Assembly (NCBI GenBank): GCA_037379345.1 | Contig: CM074511.1 | Location: 48,490,862 to 48,554,861 of the forward strand | Direction of reading: 5' to 3' | DNA from: Perna viridis | Taxonomy: Eukaryota | DNA length: 64,000 nucleotides | Part shown: one piece after another, positions 1 to 12,136 of the stretch | Numbering within the stretch: the stretch's first letter is position 1 | How the letters are laid out: each line of letters opens with the position of its first letter | Translations under genes and position numbers: made by a program | Notes under the pieces: model-generated | Seen by the model: only the letters and a program-made list of their open reading frames with translations | Databases searched by the model: none | Told to the model about the DNA's origin: nothing

Positions 1-336
1 AACAATATTAAATCAAGTTTAACCCTAAAACTGGATAACCTCCCCTTACAGTGACTTGACATTGATTATTTTCATTAAAAACACCTAACATTTCCATAAA
101 AATATTATCAGAATTAAGATGAGTTACACTAACAAGGTTTAATTTAACATGTAAAACCCCTAAATTGGATTATCTCCTTTTCCAGAGTAATGATGATATT
201 AACCAGAACTGTAGAAATACTAGGAACAAGTAATCTAATCCTACTTTAACCAGCTTAATTCATGTTTTTATCCCTTCTAGGCTTAATACTAAAATCCATT
301 CAGGCAATGACGACTTAGCTGAATTTCTGTTTAGAA

Positions 337-785
337 GGTCTCATTAACCACTTCCTGGTCAAATGGCCACCCCTCTATGTAGTACCAAAAACACACTGAA
401 CCTAGATCTGTGCATTGTAAGTGCATTATTTGCATGTATTCTGGTCAATAGTAGTCAAAATAAGGCTGATAATGTGTACTTTAAAATCATATTTGCAATT
501 TACTGCAAAATTGTATGAATATTGTTTACATGTAATTTGCCTCCATGCTGTCAGCAGAAAAGGTAAAAATGTGGATTTCAGTATTTTTTGTTCAAGTTAA
601 TTTTGTGAAGAATTTCTATGATCATCATACCATTAGCATAATGATTTTGAAAGCCTAATTTTCCAAGCATCGTAATGGTATGCAACTTAAAGATGTCATT
701 TGTCCTAGAAATTAACAGTGAAACTTTGAAAATTACATTTTTAACATGTAAAGCAATGGAAATATTAGAAGTGGTAAGGGAGACC
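337..785. mobile_element. Non-autonomous TIR element (MITE) with GGTCTC...GAGACC ends; empty-site paralogue of 46592-47450
   Basis: Ends are ggtctcattaaccacttc and gaagtggtaagggagacc. It aligns end to end with 46592-47450 apart from the nested insertion there. Confidence 0.85.
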
Positions 786-2952
786 AAAACACTTAAGTTG
801 GATTATTGCCCCTTGCATAGATCTAACAATATGATGCATGACCTTCCTCTTAAATTTTCCTGAAGTCTGTCAAGTGGTTAAGGAGGAGACATGCTTGCAA
901 GATGTGTGGACAGAGATATTTTCTATATAACCCCAAAATAAACTTTCTTTGTGGGGGTATAATATAAGTTTATCTAATGTTTTAAGATTGTCTTGGTGGT
1001 AACCAACAAAGACAGATCATGGACATCAAGTGTTGCTCATAATCCTTTTAAGAGATCATGATGTAAGAAAATATCCTAACATAACTAGCTATTTAAGTAT
1101 GATAGCAACTTTTCACACTGAACAGAACCCCATCATGTCTCTGTGTGAACTAGAACAACATATCATTGATTTCAAACATTTAGAAACCACCATAATGAGT
1201 AAAGTTCATTCAACCATACCCTTCTGACATAGAAATTACTTTATCATATGTCTTAAAGTCCAAATGAACTATATTTCTATTACAAGCATTTTAATTTCAA
1301 TTGATTTCAAGGATTCCAATACAATTCATGGTCAGACCAATTCAAAAAAAAAAAAAAAACACCTGAGTCAAGACCACCTATACAATGTAAGATGGTAGTT
1401 TTCTTGTTAGGACTAAAGTCTAATATATGAACAAATAAAACCAAATCATTGAAGCAACATTTTAGATGTCCAATATTTACAGAGCATGTCATTATACTGT
1501 GTCAACATACATATATCTACTTAAATCCCAAAATCTACTCTCAGTAAATAACAGTACTGCACTTCAATGACCATCTAATGGTGTAATCTCAATGCCAACA
1601 ATATTTTCTGAAATTTTATTCCTATATCAAACATAAAAAAGTTTAAATAGTATATATGCATTATATTCATTTCTTTCATAAATATTTGTCAACACAAATA
1701 AAATATCTAATAATGAAAAGTCATTTTTAAGCAATAAATACAAAATTAGCTTTTTGAGAAGATACAATTTGAAAGGTAATAAATTAAGAATAAATTACAG
1801 ATAAATTCAAACCAAAAAGGAAATACCAGTACATAAAAAGGTTTTTGTCATGTTTCCAGTGTATATCCTTGGAGTCCAGTAATGCAATTTATACATAGGC
1901 TTGATGAAGTTTAAGGGTAGAAAATAATGAGTGTCAAAATGAACCCAAAAGGCTTCAACACAGTAACGGTACCCAGACCAAAATTGAAATTAGGACCAAC
2001 ATCATTTCTCCATTTGTAGTTTTCAGAAATCTTTAATCAGACCAAATGATAACAAAAAACCAGTACATCAGTTATTATATAAATGAAAATTCAAGTTATC
2101 AAACTTGATGACACTGAATTATTAACATGTGTGGTAACTCTGTAACATGAAATGCCATGTTTTTAAGTAAAGGTTTAATCCATCATACATATAATCAAGT
2201 ACTCAATCTCACCATACAAAGGAACACTTTCAATAGATAGTATTGAAAATTCTATGAACAAAAAAATCTTCATTAAAAACTTTGTATTCAATATGCAAAT
2301 CTGTAATCCTTAGAGAAATTCACTGAGAATGAAGTCCTTTCATAGCAGTACAAGTAAACATGTAAACCATCTAAAATAATGAAACTTTTCTTCATGAAAA
2401 ACATTGCAGAATATTGATTATGATCAATTAAACAAAAACGTAAGATATAGGAACAAACAATGACTTTTCTAATATAAATGATAGTTTTCCCAAATGAAAG
2501 TGTAGCCATTTCCTGTTGAAATGGGTACCTTTAGAATGTTATCTGCTTAATATAGCAAAGAACAAAGACTTCAAGGGAAAATATACTTTACATGTGTATC
2601 AAATCAATTTTTTGTATCTTAATAATTTGGTCAACACTACATAAGTAAGTAAGGGATGTAACTTTATTTCTAATAAGACATGTTTCTAAAGTCTTTAGAC
2701 CACAACTGTAGTATGATGGTAATAAACATGTGACCCATGTCATAGACCTACAAAAGTCTTAATTTCGACAACATTGGTAGATTTTATCCATTTTTACTAA
2801 AGTCAAAGAACAATTTTGATCCACAATAGTCGCCATTTCATACAACAACACGGTGAAATAAATGGCCAGCCATGCCAAAACAATGACCAAATGAAGTCAT
2901 CATGAGTTACTTCTTAAATTTAGACCCACAGTTAAGACAAACATAATACATG

Positions 2953-3157
2953 TACTGTAAACTGGGAAATTCATGTGCCATTTATTTCACACTTAATGTG
3001 ATTAGTCTACTTTCAGGCAGATTTATATTCACAGTCATTCCTCATTTGGTAATATTAATTTCTACAAGGAAAATATTTACAACAGTTTAATTTTTGCATA
3101 GCAGGTCTAACAATTTAGGAAATTATAATTGTAGTGAAAATTACACAATTTACAGGA
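2953..3157. mobile_element. Degenerate Tc1/mariner-like MITE
   Basis: Termini tactgtaaa...tttacagga, close to TA-CTGTAAA...TTTACAG-TA. Confidence 0.4.
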
Positions 3158-3429
3158 TGGGTTGTTACTGAATCAGAATAATAGTGTATTTAAAACTTAA
3201 CAGGAAAGCCTTATACAAAGTTTCAGAAAAAAAAACAAAAACAAAAACAACTGCATGTAAAGTAAAAAAGAATGTTTGTTTAAATCTATAGTAAAAGTTT
3301 TATAAGAGTAACTACAAACACATGGCACTAACATCACTCATCTGGACAAATAAGAACATTACAAAATGGCATCATGAGGTAGGAAATATGATCTAAATTC
3401 CTTAAACATGACATGTTCTCAAATTGTCT

Positions 3430-3590
3430 GTGGTCAAAACATGCCCCTGTTTTAATGCATTGGTGGTCAAAACATAACCTGCTCTAATGTATCGGTGGTC
3501 AAAACATGCCCTGTTCTAATGTTTCAGGGGTTTAAATATGCCCTGTTTTAATGTATCAGTGGTCAAAATATACCCTGTTCAGGTGTATCA
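3430..3590. repeat. Minisatellite, ~32-bp unit x5
   Basis: Repeated gtggtcaaaacatgccctgttctaatgtatc(g/a). Confidence 0.9.
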
Positions 3591-4291
3591 GAGAAGCTTG
3601 ATCCTTTACATATGTAGTGCTGATAAATTCATGTTTTAAAGGACAAAATTGGTTGATGTTACACAAACCACAAAAATAACAATGAATTTAGTCAACAGAC
3701 CAAGAAATGATAGATTATTCCTTCAGATATGATCCAGGATTATCTCAATGGATCATTTACAAAGGTCAACGCTTTAAAGGTTTAGATCAAGATAAAAGTA
3801 GAGGACAGGTCTGGCAGGTGGCAGTACAGGTCACATTATATCTAATTCCATAAAAATAGGAATTAATGAATTGATCTAATACGTACAATTATGATTTTAG
3901 ATCTCACTGACAAACCAGTTGTAAAAGGAGTAAGCCAAGAAAAAAACTATTTGAAAGTGATTGATAAAATGATTGAATTCTAGAGAACAAATGAGATCAA
4001 ATGGTTGCCTTTTAATACAAAGATCACCCCTAGCAACTATAAGACTGATTAAGTTCATTGTAGATAACATTAAGATGAGTAGAAGAAATAATGGTGATTT
4101 CTTTAATGACATTTGATCTGTGAATGAAAGAATTCCTTAAAGAAAGAATGCAGTTCATTGTCTGATGAATGGAGCCTTAAAGAAATCCTAATCATTTCAA
4201 TCCAAATTCATTTTTGTCGATGTGGAAAGTAAATGATAAAAGTTTGAAAGTGAAAAGAAGAGAGAAAAGAGAAAAGAAAAGATGTACTCAC

Positions 4292-4515
4292 GATGAGGGC
4301 TGAAGGTTTGACTGGTATGGTGGGACCCAGTAATCTGCGTATAATCCCAAACGTGCAGTCTCTCGAAATCTTGAGCGAATCTCCACCATTTTACGTCTGA
4401 ACTTTGCAACATAGTCAGGAAATGACATGTTCACTTTCAAGACATGGCCACGTTTTATCTCTACTCTGAACACCCAGTTTGTTTCCGTGAATGGATTCGG
4501 AAGTCTGTACACAGA
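4292..4515 (-). CDS. Shared (constant) internal exon of the unidentified minus-strand gene: (SVYR)LPNPFTETNWVFRVEIKRGHVLKV...WVPPYQSNLQPS
   Basis: Only one frame is open across the exon and GC is raised. Acceptors are ttttcctcag|4515 and tgtacag|4504. A strong donor TC|gtgagt follows 4292, so the ORF-track TGA is intronic. Confidence 0.8.
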
Positions 4516-7100
4516 CTGAGGAAAATATCAAGTCACATCAATAGTGTAGAAGCAGTAATTTTTTTTAAAAAATTGTCAATTGACAACACTGAAGTTTCCC
4601 AGAATTCCAAACAGCATCAACTGTATCAATGTTTTATCACAAAAAAAGTTACATTTAAACATAATTTGAAACATTTAATGTCAATGTCTTTCTGGGTTTA
4701 TAGGTAGTGACATAAATTATTTCACCTTTAAAGTTGTAGAGAACACATAAAATACATTAGATTAACAATTCTCATATGGTAATGAGACTTTTCCAATCAG
4801 ATGCTTTTTCGATTTGTACAAGAAGTCATCATTGTAGCGGAAAATATGAATTATGATTTATAGATGAAATGAACTTGTATTCCAATATCCTTTGAATGAA
4901 ATGCAATTGTTTAAAGTACAATATTGCAACAGAACACAGCACTTGATCAATATATTGCAATGTTATCATGCCTCCTGAAATTTCAACTTAAGTTTCTGTC
5001 CATTTACCTTAAAAACATTGGTTAAGTCCAAGATAAAATCTTTTGAAATGAATAAGTCCTTAAAATCTAACTCTGTTTAACAGCAAATTATGAAATTGTT
5101 GCCATATTTAGAAAACAATTCATATGAAGCTAAACATAAATTTGACACAATGGTTCAGACCTTTAACTCTTCATTGCTCCTAAAGCCTAATAACAGCCCA
5201 TTAACAAATTACTTGTAAAAATATCTATTCACTATACATATACACAACATAGAACACAACAGTAAATATTTGATCATATTCTACTATCCTATTCCATTTA
5301 ATATAACTCCTCAGGATAACATTTCAATAATCACTTAATTTGGTTTTCAAATGTCTTTTCACAAACCTTAAGTTTCATAGAAGGAAATAATGAAAACCTA
5401 ATCGTTATGTAAGGTTATAGCCTGATCCTTCACTTCATGAACGTCAATTGTGTAAATGACAATGATATTTGATTATGTAAATAAAGCTTCATGGAAAGAT
5501 ATCCGAGATTGACAAGCAAAATAAATCTCCACTGCATTTATATGACGGATTGACATATGCTGATTTAGTACAAGGGAAATCCTAGTCCCCAAAGCCTTTC
5601 CGAAAGCTGAACCGCCAGGTTAACTTGTTAACAAAATATATTCTATTCAATCTATGACACAGCAAATAGTGAAAAAAGTTTTATCGAAAAATTACCATTG
5701 TTATAGTGCACCAGATTCCATTTAATTTCCAATCTCAAGGTATATTACATCTAAACACTGAAGCAATCTCTGCTCAGGGCAGTAATCACAGATTTAAATC
5801 TTCAATACCTGATAACGATTGTATGAAGTCCTTCATAGTCAGAAAACAAAGTTTGTGTCATTCTAACAAACCAAGTTGATGTCAACTAAAAGTCTATGTC
5901 GACAAAGTAGTAAAATCTTTCATTTGTCAGCACTACTTGATACAATTGAAAGTTACAGACTCAAAAAACCAAATAAATCCATTGACATTTAACTTATAAT
6001 ATCATTATCCCATCACAATATATATTGAAAAGTAAATCTTTTCATAACTCTTCCAGCTCATGTTGCCTTTATTAAATTTTTTTGATAACTTTTATTTTCT
6101 GGCATAATAAAAGATAACTTTGTGATAACCCTTCTTTTTTGTATATAAATTTCACACGAAACCAACTCCATGTGAGGGATCTAATCGGCTCAGAATCATT
6201 ATGTTAGTAGGTATCACCCAGATTTAATGGGACTCAATAGCCCTACAATCCTGGCTGATTGATTCAATACTACATTATTTATTTTCACTCAAGTCTAACC
6301 CCATTATGGCCATATTTCAAACAAACTTAATGTCTTTTAATTACATTTAAAATGAATTTGTTATTATCTCTTCAGCTTGTCTCCCTGATAGCCACTGTTT
6401 GGTTCATGAATTTACCATCAGTGACCAAGCATTTAATTGTGATGTAAATTGTTATATCTGTAAGTTTGTAGAATTTGATAGATATGAAATACTTGAGGTC
6501 TTCAAAATCTTAATACACAGTATTGTGATGAAGTACCAAATATCAATTTTCATCAAATAAAATCCAGTTTTGTTTCAATATTTGCTTTTCTTGCTTTTAA
6601 ATCTGATATTTGATTTGGGATCAGATCTGTTGTAAAATTTAATTAAATACCTATATAATGCAGAATTAAATCTAGGCAGGGGTTTATTAGTATTAAGAGA
6701 CAACATTCTGACCTCCATTCACATTTTAAAAAATCTTATCCTTCTTATAATATATCCAACAATAGCTCCACTACATTTGCGTAAATTTTTTATGAGGACT
6801 TAGGTTAAAAATACAATCATTTACTTTCTTTTATAAATGGAATATAAAAACAGATATTAATACAAATTATTCTTTTGAATAAAAGTCCATTTTTCTGTAG
6901 ACAATTACAGTAGCAATATACTTAAAACACATTTCAAATTTCTGAAAAATCACTACTACCCACATTTTCCTCTACAGAGAACCACTACAAGCAAAATCAT
7001 TCCAATTTGTCTAGCCTCTTCATATTTATGCATCAGATGTATTATATCAATGAAAAATATTCAAATTCATAACAGTAAACATGGCTGAAAAAATATTTAC

Positions 7101-7166
7101 CATTCCTGCTGCTGATGGCATTGCTGCAGGATGATCTGTGCAATGGGAATAACTCTCAAGTTGTTG
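7101..7166 (-). CDS. Candidate 66-nt exon (QQLESYSHCTDHPAAMPSAAGM in phase 0)
   Basis: Acceptor tttcttcccattgttgacgttgtctgtag, donor ATG|gtaaat. It is symmetric and in frame with the 4515 acceptor. Confidence 0.45.
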
Positions 7167-7422
7167 CTACAGACAACGTCAACAATGGGAAGAAAGATAA
7201 CTCTAATTTCCAGTATTTCAAGGGGGATAACTTCCCATCAATAAATTGGTTATTCTAACCTAAACTGTTGTTTTTACTTCTAATGTAGTCAAAAGAAAGG
7301 TAACTCTAATTCAATGATGTTTAGGTTTATTATGAAAATTGTGCTAAAATTACAAAAATAAATAATTTAAATAAATTTAAACAAAGGATACATTAATTGT
7401 CTTCATCTACTTCTTGACCTAC

Positions 7423-7601
7423 CTGTTTGGCTGAAGACGTATTGGTAACGTCTGTCGCCTGTGGTTCTGCATAAGTTTAAATCTAATCATTCTGTGTGAG
7501 TACATCTGTATAGGAGTAAGACTCCCTGTATTTCTGAGTAAATTAAGCTGTTGGTTAATCTGCATCTGTGACAATAATCTAGGAGTGAGTCCTCCGTCAT
7601 G
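7423..7601 (-). CDS. Internal exon, phase 0 to 2 (HDGGLTPRLLSQ...HRRQTLPIRLQPN)
   Basis: Acceptor cttttattttcttcag, donor AG|gtaggt, 179 nt open. It joins the 16278 donor to the 4504 acceptor in frame. Confidence 0.75.
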
Positions 7602-10600
7602 CTGAAGAAAATAAAAGCACTTTTTTTCATATAAATGATTAACAAATTTTGATTTTTGTCTTTTTCTTATTCTACTAATTGTTTTGTTTTATGTTTTTTT
7701 TTTCTTTTTTGTTTTACATGCATTTTTATTTTTTTTTTCCCAATGCATTGTATTGAATTTGTATTGAAACATGGACATACCTTAGTATAAGTTGTTTAAT
7801 GCACCCAATACAGTATACACAAAAATAACTAAAAGATATAAGTTATGATTTTAATGCTGAAGTCACTATGACGTCAACATAATATCAGATGACGTCAGGG
7901 AGACAATTGTGATGTCACAAATTGTTCTTTTGTATCTGATTTCTACACTGACCTCTACTTGATCTTAAATGAATTTTAGGTTATAACCTCACTGCATTTA
8001 ATATCAATTTTTCTACGAAAGTGGTATATATTCATACCAGCAGTTTTTGATTGTAGGGAAATCATTGGGGCAAACTTTAGTTTTGAGAAATGCTTCCATT
8101 GATAAGCCTGTATAGCACATGGGGAAGCAAGATAAATGAATATCAACACAGAAAATATTATACATTGTCTTTATCCTGCGCTGAACGAAGCTACTTCACC
8201 AGATGCTCAATTTTAAGTTGAAGAAGGTCTGTCAGCATTTTTCCAGCTCAGTATATATATTACTGTGCTTTGGAGCCTTTCCAGCACTATCATTTAAGCA
8301 CTGTTCTACCTACACTTATTGACTTAAAAATGAACTAAGGACACTGTTCTAAAATTAAAGGAAAAAAAACAATAGACCTGTGCTTTCACAGAAAGAACCG
8401 TGCTATTTAAAATATACTTTTTAAGACTTTTATTTGTTTAATCTTATACAGACCGAGAGGAAATTATATGGACCTCCTCACTTTCAAACTCAAAGCATGG
8501 CACAGTTGTGTATGTTTCTCTTTCTTCCACATGAATGGTCCAGAGTAAACTATATTCAAGAAGTATAATATAGCAAACAGTTCATAAATCTTCAAGTCAA
8601 CTTGCAATATATTGATGGGTTAGCCGTCCCAAAAAATTCAACAGACCTCAGCCAAGCTATGATCCATAAAATATTTTGGGGGAAGACTAATCAATTCATA
8701 TATTGATCCATTTGTTAGTTAATGGGAAGAACATCATGTACATCACTGTGTCTGAGGCTGTCAAAAAAATTACTTTCTTTCTTTGTTTCACTTTAAAAAA
8801 AAAAATACAGGAACTTTTTAAATGTAAGCTGGGTTTTTTACAGAGTAAATCGCCACAAAGACCATTATGTGTGAAATCTTATACAAATACGAAATGTATT
8901 TCTAAATGAAATTGTACCCTTTTACTGAGAATAAGAGAAAACTTTCTTAAAGTGTACAAATATCATTTGTACAAAAAAATGTTGATTTATTCAATTTTCC
9001 TTTAAAACAAGCAATGAATCCTTATTTCAGGAGGTTTAATAACAATTTACAAACTTTATTTTCAAACAGATGAAAATTTTTCACACAACTTCTTTACACA
9101 ATTATGCTGTTATCAACATATGTACCATAAAATGACTGCAAAGAACATTGCAAAATTTTACATAACAGGAAAGTTTTACTTACATGTTTGTTGTGTAATT
9201 ATGTCCATCTAAATGATTTTAAGAGGCAAATACCAATGTATTTTTTAAAAAAAAGCTCAAATCAATAGCTGCTGTACAGAGAATACTTGTGTAAAATCCT
9301 TATATTTACACTACTAATATCATACTAGATATATGATATTGATTCTCAATTCTAATAAACAACTAATTTATTTGAACATTTGAGTTTTGTGTCGCAATAT
9401 TAAGATCTTCTATACTAAAATCAATTCCAATAGAGAAATTCAAGATATATGACCTTTCATGTGAAAAGACTAGCAGCAATAATCCATTCTAATAATTAAA
9501 CCTCTGTGTGGAAATACTGTAATACCCGGTACCAGTTCTTCTCCAGAAAATTTCAAATTTATTCACAGTATTAGAATTGTACATTCAGATAAACAAATAA
9601 ATCATCACACATATATTCCAAGGAACCTAAATAGAAGCAAGTGAAATAGACACATGATATTACTATAAAGAATAATCCTCATTTAAGTAAATAAGTTTAA
9701 ATGTTCCTTTGACAAGTTAGGCTGTCTTATTGCCTCTTGGATGGCTACTTCATAAATCCTAAACAAATATACCCATATATAACATGAAAAGTCCTTCAGT
9801 TTTGGTGTGAGAGGTATATGTGGTGACAATTATCCCCCGTAGCCTGACAACAACTTATTACACACAGTCCATTTAACAAAACTTCATATCTTTAATATCA
9901 AATATAATTTGTTTTTGTGTTAAGACCTCAATTAAATAGGTCAAAAAGGATTTTTAAATAATTAGCACTCCTTTGTGTACCCCACAAATCATATCAATTT
10001 AGTTAATCAGTTAATTATCTTTAAACAGCATTAAGGGAATGGATCTTAATTTCAATAATCTATTTCAGTAATCTGGTACAACATTCATTGTATTTACATT
10101 TCTTTTTTTAATTTCTTAAACCCAAATTTTTTCTTGCAATAAAAGTTATGTAATAGTTTTAATGACTCACTTAAGCATTATACTCATAAGGGATTTAGGC
10201 CTTTCCTTAAACTTTACATGGTATTTCCTTAGATGGCACTGCAGAATGTAATATTGCATATATCTTTAATCAAAAACAAGTACCATCTTAAAAAAACAGA
10301 AAAAGCCAACGGAATATTTTTTCTTTCTTTTACTTATATTATACACATGGCATGCAAATTTTCGATACAGTTATTTCGAGCACCACTGATCTAACAGTAT
10401 TTAGAAATAGTAATCTGAAAACCGAAAAAAATAGCCAACACAGTAAATTTTTCTTTCTTTTACTTATTATTTTCTACATTTCATTCAGGAAATAATACAT
10501 GGCATGCAATTTTTGAGACACTTTTTTTTTAATGCCACAATGTTATCAGTATTTGGCCAATCAGGAAACAGAATTGTGATCAGGTGACTTGCATTTCCTC

Positions 10601-11982
10601 AAAAAAGGGTCTTTAAGGTCAAAAGGTAAAAAGTGGTAAAAAGTGAAATTATACAGAGACTGCATGGGAAAAAATATTGGCCCCAACAAATTTCAATTAA
10701 CTGTGCAATTTATTGACAAGATGGTTTATATTTGTGATGTCTAATTTTGTACTGTGAACGAGTCATTAGCTGTTACTCAAACTGTGCCAATTTTTGTTAA
10801 ATTTGAATAGAACCTGCTAAATAATTACAATGCATTGCCAGGCAATGTTCAGCAGCCAACCACGCAGCAACCATACATTCCCCAAATAACAACCTATTTT
10901 TTCTCAAAGAAAATCTGCTTAACACTCAGAACTGAATTTTTATTTTTGGCGTGTCCGAGCAGCCAAATTATTTTCACATAACGTATCGCCCTAGGCGGAA
11001 TTAATTTCTGAACATGTGCTTGAAAAAATGGTGACTCTTGCAATACTTGAGATTACAACACCATTCAACATTGTAGAGTTGTGAAATTTGATATTAAACT
11101 TCCAATCCTATTCTTAATTCAAAGCATGCTGGAAAATATAACATTGGATTTAACATGGATTGCTCCCCTTTAATTACTTCTTAATAAGTCAAAAAAAAAT
11201 TGAGTAAAAATGATATTTGCCCGTTAAAAATATTAATGCAAAACATATCTAATTATCTTAAGCCACGTGTTTCAAAATAAATCTAATTGCCAGATTAACG
11301 GCAGTACATGTGAAATGAAAAACCTTGTCGACACCATTTGTAAATGTATCACACAGTCCTATATAAATAACTGAATTTCTTTAAAATAATGTTAAATGTG
11401 CCTAAAATAGTGCAGGAGATGGAAGTAATCCAACTAATGCACATAAGAAATAAGAATGAACTCAAAGATAATCCTATTAAATAATTATGTGCCAAGATTG
11501 AAGTTAAATTCAAATAATATGTACACAAGGCAATTACTACAAGTACATGTATTTCTATTCAAACACAAAATGTTTTATACTTTTGATTTCATCCATTCTT
11601 TGAAATACAAATCACACAACTTAGAAATTACTTACAAAATTTCACCTGAACATGACAAGTTAATTGAAGTGATCGTCTCTGTTTTGGTAGGGAATACTGT
11701 GTGATGCACATAAATATATTCAATTTGGTTAATAACCACAAATTATATAGTTGCAACTATAACATTCAGCCTTTTTTGGCTTCAATATACGATTCAGTTC
11801 TGGTCTAGGTATCAGTAATAGATATTGCTTAGCTTTAACCGTTTTTCTTTGTTTTTCTGAACTCCTTTTTTTTCAAATCTTAATCACTATCAAAGCAAAA
11901 AGTATGATTTTGATATCAGATGAACTTCGATTAAAAGGTCAATGATTTTACAATACAGTTTATAGAGTCACCAACTGTGATT

Positions 11983-12136
11983 AAAGTCTCAGTCAGATTT
12001 TGCATCATAGCAAGGTGCATATCAAAGTCTCAGTCAGATTCTGCATCATAGCAAGGTGCATATCAAAGTCTCAGTCAGATTCTGCATCATAGCAAGATGC
12101 ATATCAATGTCTCAGTCAGATTCTGCATCATAGCAA
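11983..12136. repeat. Minisatellite, 41-bp unit x~3.8
   Basis: aaagtctcagtcagattctgcatcatagcaaggtgcatatc starting at 11983, 12024, 12065 and 12106. Confidence 0.95.

Noticed and set aside
4197-4412. Overlapping ORF MLQSSDVKWW...
   Set aside because: It is an alternative frame of the real exon that runs into intronic pyrimidine tract, and it is blocked upstream by TAG.
4410-4425. TCC TGA antizyme-like +1 frameshift site
   Set aside because: The +1 frame is already open from the acceptor, and the peptide does not resemble antizyme.
7101-7601. Multi-TGA selenoprotein reading
   Set aside because: The frame ends in TAA soon afterwards, no SECIS element was recognised, and another fully open frame explains the exons.
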